The position numbers were made by a program, and so were the translations under genes. A stretch of DNA of 60,433 bases, counting the filler, from Sluysia triapertura (lineage: Eukaryota), in the NCBI GenBank assembly GCA_046118255.1. It is 5 parts of 5 records of this genome, joined end to end, with 100 filler letters (N's around TTAATTAATTAA, not from the genome) between each part and the next. Parts side by side here need not be neighbours in the genome. Positions count along the whole stretch, not along the records: positions 49,270 to 60,433 come from JBJNIA010188067.1; 4 more parts are not named here. One strand, given 5' to 3'. Shown piece after piece: positions 52,441-60,433 of this stretch (position 1 is its first letter; the number at the start of each line of letters is the position of its first letter). Below the pieces are notes generated by a model, which saw nothing but the letters and a program-made list of their open reading frames with translations, searched no databases and was not told the origin of the DNA.

Positions 52441-52998
52441 TTATTCATCGAAATATGAACCCATATTATTTAAACATTTTTGCCATTTAAGCAGTAGGTT
52501 GTTCAAGCCGGTAATATAATTAATTCCTTGAAAATCCGTTTTACAGCATTGTCGAATTAAATTGTTTTCCTACTTATAAAAATGTCCAAACTGCGGAAGA
52601 AATGCTAGTCAGTGGGAGCATGGGGGATGCTGAAGATTTCTAATTCCTGTAATTTTGAGCAGCATTATCATGCAATAAAATAGAAGTACATTTGTTGACT
52701 AATCTAGGCTGTTTTCTTTAGGTTTTTGCTGTTTATTTCTTCTGTGATCGATGACCCAAGTTTCATGAAATCATAATGGATCGCAGCTGTGCTAGCAAGG
52801 CAAAGACTCATCAGCTTCTTTTGTAGAATATAGCGCTTTCGAATGTGTTTTGGTGATTTATCCTTGTCCTTAACTTTTACGATTGTCATACTGGATCTAT
52901 TCCTCATCACAAGTGACATCTCGATTCAAAAATGAATGAGATTCGTGACTAAAAAGCAACATCAAGCAAGTTTTCAAACGCTTTTGTTTCTGTTTTTC
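52441..52998 (-). mobile_element. mariner (DD34D) transposase remnant
   Basis: FLNRDVTCDEE*IQYDN, ILLHDNA, HPP..APTD*HFFRSL, KWQKC....GSYFDE*. Confidence 0.9.
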
Positions 52999-53464
52999 AT
53001 TCAATTCATGTGAAACGAACTTATCTAACTTTTTAATTACTTCCGATTTGAGCTAAATTAGTTACCAGACTCTGAGATGGGTCAAATTCATCAGTCATCT
53101 TTAATTCGTAATTATTGATCTTTGATTCTGGGCGACTGGATTGCTTATTTGTAAGGTCAACGATACGTATAAGTAATAAAACTATTTAGAAAACATGCAG
53201 CAATTTTTAGAAAATCGAAAACTATGCGCTACGCTTATTTTTGATGAGAAAAAATGATGGATAACACTTTTAAAATGAAATAATTATCCAAGTTGAACGA
53301 TTTGAAAAAAAGTGGAAAGTAATTCAATTTCTGAATAATTATTATTTTCAAAGAATTTTAAAACACTATTTAACGCATTAAATAAAAAATGGAAGATATG
53401 TCTGACTTATGTATTCAATGTTCACATGTACATGAAAATGAAAACTTCATATTTTTACAGTTAA

Positions 53465-53704
53465 CTCCTTAACTCGCACACTCGAATTAACTCGAGCGAG
53501 TTAAACCTGCAGAAATGAGCACACTCGAGTTAATTTGATTAATATATTAAGTTGTTTGGTATTAGAATTAACAGGCGTTAGTTACAGAGGTGCCAACTAC
53601 TAGTTATAAGACGCTTACACTAAAATATAGTTTAATAAATAATGCAGCAATAAAAAAATGAGTTTTTTGGACGTTTTTTGGAAAAAAAATTGAACGTTAA
53701 AGGG
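53465..53704. mobile_element. piggyBac-like MITE
   Basis: TTAA|CTCCTTAAC ... GTTAAAGGG|TTAA, with internal ACTCGAG/TTAACTCG dyads; carries an R3 fragment. Confidence 0.5.
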
Positions 53705-53944
53705 TTAAAAATGTGTAACAATTTTTATGAAACACAGAAAATAAGCTTTTAACGAATCAGAGACTCAAACCCAATCCAATTGAAATATAAATTTGTGACA
53801 TTGTGGAGTTTTATTTACATATATAAGCTGAGCTCCATTTTCTTTTAGAAATACTTTTGCACTGCAGAATCATTTTTGTATTAACTTTGTAAGTCTCGGA
53901 TAGCAGATGAATTCACTGATATGAAATTTATTTTATGAATGTAG

Positions 53945-54260
53945 GTTTTTTGGGATTGTCCAACATTGGAAAAATTAAGGAAGACGTAGAAATAAAATGT
54001 AGGAAGAATTGATACAAAACTATGTCAAAACAATAAAGTATTGTTGGAGTAAGAATGATGAAGATGAACCGACGAATACCTTGAAATTCCAAATATATTT
54101 ATAAGATTTTATGGAAGCTTGAGATGAGCTTAGAAAACGTCTATAAGCATTAAGTTACCTTTGAACTTGTGAATCTTCAGGTAATTTGAAACCTTTATAA
54201 GCATTTGAGACCTTTGAGTAATTTAATGAAGTATTTGAAATCTTTAAAACCTTTGGAAAA
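53945..54260. repeat. Interspersed repeat family R2, partial copy
   Basis: GGATTGTCCAAC and GCATTAAG.TAC.TTTGAACT.GTGAA are shared with 57330-57600. Confidence 0.6.
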
Positions 54261-54263
54261 TGG

Positions 54264-54355
54264 AGTTGGGTTACAGGCCTAAAGTGTCATAGATTAATGA
54301 TAGTGTAATTGACTATAATAAAACAAAAAATGTTAAATGGAGCTGATAGCTCAGT
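54264..54355 (+). mobile_element. tRNA-cassette mini-LTR copy C, truncated in the D-loop
   Basis: AGTTGGGTTACAGGCCTAAAGTG...GACTATAATAAAAC...GCTGATAGCTCAGT, then an abrupt switch to LINE sequence. Confidence 0.75.
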
Positions 54356-55924
54356 AACTAACTGGAAGCGCCATAGCAACCTACTTCAATACGTACAATG
54401 CAGATCCAGAATCAGTGGTAATAGACTGTGTGACATCAAACTTTGCGATTCATAATGACGTATAAGCATACCCAAACTCTGAAAGTGGACATATCAACCT
54501 TGAGGATGATCTTCAAAAATACTATTAACAGCTACATCTCAATCGACCCACTGAATTCACAGCCTGCCCATCTCATCCTACACAACCAATTCATCTGCAA
54601 TGTCATTTACACACATACATATCTTCCAGTCAAGACTACGTATACCGCACAAACTGGAGCAACTGACTGTGGAACCTATATTTGCTACCACACGGTATAA
54701 ACAGAACCCAAACTTAACCACCTTCGTGAAGCGAATATCCCAAATATCAGACAAGCCATTTATACTTGTGTGGCTCAATCAATCAACACATCTTCAAAAA
54801 TAAAACCCATCCCCCCAATCCAAGCACTATACTACAAAATGGGAAATAATAATATTCCAATTGATGAAATATTCCAAACCACATAATCAAACCATCAAAA
54901 TTTCGAAACATCATGGCGCAACATAAAAGAAGCCTTCGACAAGTACCATTGCAACCCATCCTGGATAAAATATTTTCCGAAGACCAAATGATCATAGGTA
55001 CTGCCAAACCCCCTAGGAAACCCACATCAGAGGAGATTTGCCAATACTACCCCTCCATTCGACCCACTCAAAATAACTACCATAACAACCTACATAGATT
55101 ACATGACAAATGATCCATACCTTGAAATTGAAATGCTTGCCTTTCTAGAGCACTGCAAAAACTCAGGACCAGGACCAAACTACATTATCTTTAACCAAAT
55201 CAAAAAAGCTGATCTCACTGATCAAATCCCGGCAATCCTCTTCAATAAAAAATCTATTGCACTGCTCATTATCCATCCCAACAAATACGATATGGTACAT
55301 GATGTTGCCTCCTGGATACCCATAGTTATTGTGGACTGTAGTTAAGGAGTCTTTGCAAAGATCCTGAACGATCGTTACTTACGTGAATACCTTATTCGAC
55401 TTATACTCTTCTAATCGCAAATACTCCTATTCCTCGCGTTATAGACACGAAGGAGATACTTCCATTCCATTTGGTGAAATCATACATTAGTCCATTGATG
55501 ACTTGTTAAACGAAAATATCAAGCTCACTGAATTGATGCGACAATCCAACCTCCTTGCCAAAAATAAGTTTATCGGAACTTTGTACAATCCCGACTTATA
55601 GAACCTGGATGTCAACCCAAGAGTACATGCGAAGCTTTGCGATACGACGAAAAAATCCACAAAATATTTTTTTCTCAACAACAGCTTTGCCTGGCGCACA
55701 AAAACCATGGTGGACTTGACCTGACCTCAGAATATGACGATAACATGTGCCAAAATATGGTGTGTGCGTTATATGCACGCTATATGCACGCTGGATCATC
55801 ATGAGGTCATACGTGTAGTCAATAACCGTAGCAACTATTACCCAGTCACTTCTATAGCTCAATGGAGGCCCCGTGGATAAACTTGCCAGACTACGGACTA
55901 AGACCAAGACTATGCGGTCTTAGT
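54356..55924 (+). mobile_element. NeSL/Utopia-like (RLE-clade) non-LTR retrotransposon remnant with a Ulp1-type protease
   Basis: AQTGATDCGTYIC (Ulp1 Q..G.DCG); KNSGPGPNYI...ILFN; WIPI...FAKILNDR (NWRPI..); RHEGD..SPL; HGGLDL. 3' hairpin ACTAAGACC-N10-GGTCTTAGT at 55897-55924. GC content is raised relative to the flanks. Confidence 0.7.
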
Positions 55925-56036
55925 ATTGTCATAAATATTATTGTTAATTTTGAAATTTACTTATTTTTCATTTAGTTTACTTGTATTATTGTTAAAGCAG
56001 AAACTTATATTAACGATTTGTATTTGATTTTGTAAT

Positions 56037-56191
56037 TGTTATATTTATAACAATGGACTGACCGGGGATCGAACCCGGGACCTCTCGCTGCGCAGTTCGA
56101 TGCTCTAATACTGAGCTATCATCCCGTCTGGGAATTTTATTTTATTATAGTCAATTTTACCAAACGGCATTTTAGGCCTTTTACTCCAACA
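56037..56191 (-). mobile_element. tRNA-cassette mini-LTR copy D (155 bp, full length; tRNA-like part about 56054-56124)
   Basis: Minus strand reads TGTTGGAG...TAACA; flanks TAAT/TATT; intact B-box GGTTCGATCCCC. Confidence 0.8.
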
Positions 56192-57239
56192 TATTATTGA
56201 ATTAATTACTGCTATTAATTTGAAATAAGAGCGTAGTTTTTGGTTGAATAAATATCATTATTAAAATAAGAAATTTTGTGATAAGTTATACTTGATCTAG
56301 CGAATATTGAAATTATTTGAGATTTTATTTAAGTAAATTAAATTGATATCGGTTTATTGTTACTATTAATTTCAAAGACGCGAGAGTAACACTACTGACT
56401 TTTTAAGGAGCTTTATTATTAGATACTGGAGTTTTTAACAGAATCGTTTTTGTAGATAATATCTATTCACAATTATGTGTTAGTTATTGATAATCATAGG
56501 AAGATGTTTCCTCTAGAACCATATAATTTAAATAGAGACCCTATTTGCTAAGTTAATTAAAATTCTATAGTTACGTCTTTAGAAATAATATAAAACGTAT
56601 GCTGTAGACTATTTTTCAAGAGAAATACAAAGCACAGAGAATTCGAATTTGTTTGATAATAATTTTATTTTAATGTTATAAAAATATTTTGAAGTCTTGA
56701 GAGGTTAGTATATCATGTACAGCGCTAAGTTATAAAATTGGGATTTAAAATGATTTATGTTTATTGATTTTTTTCTGTTTTTTAACCGATGATAAAATTA
56801 TAAGTCTAAAATAACTCACCATAGTTATTTCATGTTTTGTATCTTATTAATAACCTTTATATTATACTTAAATATTAATAAAATTAAAAAACCTTATAAA
56901 GCACGTGTCTAACAATTAAAACGTTATAGGTATTCCTAAACAATGCGGATTCTAGATCAGTTTAAGGATAGCCATATACACGTGTGGTGGTCACCACCAT
57001 TAGACGGAATTTTAACACGCCACAAAACACCAAAATTTACATTGACATAGCATCTAAATCATTCATCACATCAAAATATACTAAATTTACTTTTTAAAAT
57101 CCAAAAAAATAAAACGAAATGAAATATCACTGACTTTCTCTTACAACTCTTTCTCTTATTCAATTTCACTTCTCCTTAACCTCCTACCTAACTGTCTTTC
57201 TTTAACAACAATTTGTATTATATTGACGAAGTTTCCAAA

Positions 57240-57930
57240 TGTATACAATCTCTGGACAGTATAACGGAAGATCCATATAGCTTTTCATTTCAAAAGAAAA
57301 CTCTGCTTATATCACAAATAAAAGTGTTAGGATTGTCCAACCGAGAAACATGTAGAACTACAAAATGAAGAAAGAACTGATACTAAGTGATGAATTGAAC
57401 ATAATAAGCAGCGTTGAAATAAGAATCATAAAATTTAAACATTTATAATAGTGTTAATAGCTAAAAAAAACATTGGCATTCCAAAGATATATGAAAGTTT
57501 ATGAAATATCTATGAAAGACCTTTATGGAAGTTTCAGATGAATTGGAAAAACCTTTTGAAGCATTAAGGTACTTTTGAACTGGTGAACCGTTAGATCGTT
57601 TGAGACCTTAGTAACCTTTAAGTATTCTTAGAATATCGATAAGTATTTGAGACCCTTTAGTAACCTTATAAAGTTATTTAAAATCTTTAATATAATTGAG
57701 AAATATTGTTGTTATTGGTATTGTGAATAAGTTTAATATAGTAATAATTAACATGAAGAAGTAAAAAAGGAATCAAATAGGTGAAGGTGAAAACATCTAG
57801 AGCCTTCTAAATGCCTTATAAATTACTACATAGCTTTAGAACCTGAATAAAACATAGAATAAGATTCAGTCTAAAAATAGAATTAATTAATTAAATCACA
57901 ATTAACTTAATTAAGAAAAAGTACGTTTTT
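57240..57930. repeat. Interspersed repeat family R2, longest copy
   Basis: Aligns by eye with 10900-11155, 41865-42400 and 53945-54260; degenerate internal GACCTT/TTTGAA periodicity. Confidence 0.65.
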
Positions 57931-58849
57931 GTGAATAACTTTTGAATGCAGAACGCTTGTGATGGCCAACTTCTTCACATAAAATTTTATTACATCTCAA
58001 TACATTAAAAAACTTAAAAACTTCATAAGATCAAAAATCATTAAATTCGTAATTTAAATTTAAATATAGTAATAAATTAAATGGAATTTCGTTTAACACC
58101 TTTAACTTTCTTATTACACTCTTTGATATTCCTTCACAATCTTCACTTCATGTTAAGTCTACCTTTTTAATCACCAAAGTGTCATTTTATTATATGTTTA
58201 TGAAATAAAACATTTATGTTAACAATTTATATTTTAAAGAGATTATTTTGTATAGAATTAGAAGAATANNNNNNNNNNNNNNNNNNNNNNNNNNNNNNNN
58301 NNNNNNNNNNNNNNNNNNNNNNNNNNNNNNNNNNNNNNNNNNNNNNNNNNNNNNNNNNNNNNNNNNNNNNNNNNNNNNNNNNNNNNNNNNNNNNNNNNNN
58401 NNTAACAAAAGACTTAACTATCAGCAAAATAAATTATTATTCAGACTCCGTTTACAGTATACAACTTACTAATGGCTTACCTGTAAAATTACGTGAGAAC
58501 AATCCTAAAGATTAACAATATAAAAATACTCTTTGCCTTAACTTAAACAATAGAGAACAAAATCGTCGATTATATCGACTGGTAACTAAATAGCTTATAG
58601 AGTATAATGTTAATAACGACCAACGCGGGCGTTTGTATTTAAGTTTAATGCTGAAAATATTAGTTTAAAAATGTATTTCTTTATTATCCTTAAAAACTAC
58701 AATTATTTACTACAATTATTAATCACTATTCTAATGATCTAAAATTTAAAATGACTAAAAGTTTATTATATAACAAAAAGTAAATACGCCGAAATTAAAA
58801 TAAAACAATTTTAAATTTGTAAAAATGATAAGACAAACAATGTTAATCA

Positions 58850-60120
58850 AATAATAATAATTATAATAACAATATTAAATTTATTTATAATAAGAGGTCT
58901 AGCCCGAATTTGTAAGTGACCTTAATGGCCAACTGAAAATTAGGTATTTTACGTGGAGATTTTAACTCTAGTGAGTTTTCACTTTATTTAAAATAAACTT
59001 ACTATTCAATCAATAAATTAATAAACGATGAGCGAATATTCGAGATAGGAGGATTGTTTTTGTTTGCTTAATTGGTCGGATATGAGAGAATTTGGAGCTG
59101 AGATATCTTTAATCGAATACGCGAGATCTAATTCTGCTTTGTAATTGATTTGAATTGCTACGGCCGTTGAATACCAAAAAGAAACCGAAACGATGATTTA
59201 AATTAACTGCTTGAATTAGTAAAATGACGATTATCAAAATGGTCGTCTGTTATCCTTTGTTTGTCTTTATATAGTTTTTGTACCTATAAATGTTGGGGTA
59301 AAAAGGCCTAAGGTGCCATTTGATAAAATTGACTATAATAAAATAAAATTCCCAGACGGGACTGATAGCTCAGTGGTAGAGCATCGAACTGCGCAGCGAA
59401 AGGTTCCAGATTCGATCCCCGGTCAGTCCATTTTATGAAGTCTAACATAAAGACGCATATATTAAAATTAATTCATTAAAATTATTCCTTGTTCTCGATT
59501 ATTTTCGATAATTTAAATTCTTTATAATTAGATTTTTTTATAATTTTTATAATTGTTAAAGAAAATAATAATCATAATTTTTTGTTATTTTTTAATAATT
59601 TTTATAATACTTTATAAGATTTTTGAAAATTTTTTAAATACAAATAAAATATAAAATATAAAACAAAAAAATAAAATTTTTTACATATTTACACATTTAT
59701 TATTATTATTTTGTTTATTAATTATTATTAGCATTATTATTGTCACTATTATAATTATTTGTAATCACCGTAACTGTCAGTTTTGACAGCTTTTAATTAA
59801 TCAGTATTTCATTTACTGATAATTGTTATTACAAAATTTTTAATTAGTTTTATGTTGAGGACCTTAACAACAAAATTAGTTGTCTGTTTATTGGCCATTA
59901 CTATTCACTTTGTTCCTGCTTTCAATGGCCAACGAATCACAATACATTTGCAATTTATGTACAATCACAAAAATAATGGCTCACTTTTTAATTAACTAAT
60001 GCACGAAATCACATTTAATAATAATTATAATAACAATATTAAATTTATTTATAATAAGAGGTCTAGCCCGAAGACTCTACCTGCTGATAATGATTTTGTA
60101 ATTGACCTTAATGGCCAACT
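58850..60120. repeat. Pair of ~85-100-bp direct repeats (58850-58934 and 60017-60120)
   Basis: AATAATTATAATAACAATATTAAATTTATTT.TAATAAGAGGTCTAGCCCGAA...TTTGTAA.TGACCTTAATGGCCAACT occurs in both. Confidence 0.85.
59291..59447 (+). mobile_element. tRNA-cassette mini-LTR copy E (157 bp, full length, 4-bp TSD; tRNA-like part 59359-59430)
   Basis: TAAA|TGTTGG...CTAACA|TAAA. Perfect 7-bp acceptor GGACTGA/TCAGTCC, A-box TAGCTCAGTGG, B-box-like TTCGATCC, TTTT terminator. Confidence 0.85.
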
Positions 60121-60433
60121 AAAGTTGTACCAAATAAACATTGGCAACTTGCTCTTTTTCTATCAAACGAATTTATATAGAATATTTTGATAAATTTAGT
60201 GTCAAATTCTATTAACCAGATTGATCAATGCTTTAGTCATGAACATTTTCAAAAGAACATAGTAATTCAAAGTCATATACTCAATCTATGTTATAAAAAA
60301 TGAATAATATACTAATGAATTAGTAGTAGGTATGGGCACATTTCTTATGATTTAAAGAATTGTTTATCTGCTTTGATTGAATTAAAAAAAGATTTAGACA
60401 ATATTTTTCTAAGAATTAATGCAATAAAAGATA

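Noticed and set aside
58214-58515. ORFs spanning N runs (also 17516-17845)
   Set aside because: Open only because of the gap.
59359-59430. Functional tRNA-Arg(GCG) or tRNA-Cys gene
   Set aside because: The anticodon stem cannot pair canonically, the T stem is mutated in this copy, and it is embedded in a dispersed repeat.

Overview
Very AT-rich (by eye about three-quarters A+T) scaffold from a eukaryote, most likely an invertebrate animal. It has six N-gaps, four of them carrying an artificial TTAATTAATTAA linker. Most of the window is decayed mobile DNA: a Polinton/Maverick remnant (capsid + adenain protease), Ty3/gypsy remnants, solo-LTR-like repeats, L2, L1/Tx1-like and Ulp1-bearing NeSL-like LINE fragments, a mariner transposase, pogo/Tc2-like remnants and piggyBac-like MITEs. 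Host-type sequence: one intact 256-aa secreted-protein ORF, probable exons of a divergent TGF-beta-family ligand, and pseudogene fragments (diaphanous formin, myosin/paramyosin rod, possible NYN-CCCH RNase). Two signals stand out. (1) A ~156-bp TG..CA element with a 4-bp target duplication carries a complete Pol III tRNA(Ala)-like cassette (5 copies), resembling a tRNA analogue of Cassandra TRIM LTRs. (2) Three LTR-like elements with no obvious shared primary sequence each carry an array of the same covarying hairpin (stem, bulged A, 2 bp, KUAA-type loop; 14 copies), with MS2-operator-like geometry. All protein identities are by-eye motif recognition, not database hits, and boundaries of degenerate elements are approximate.
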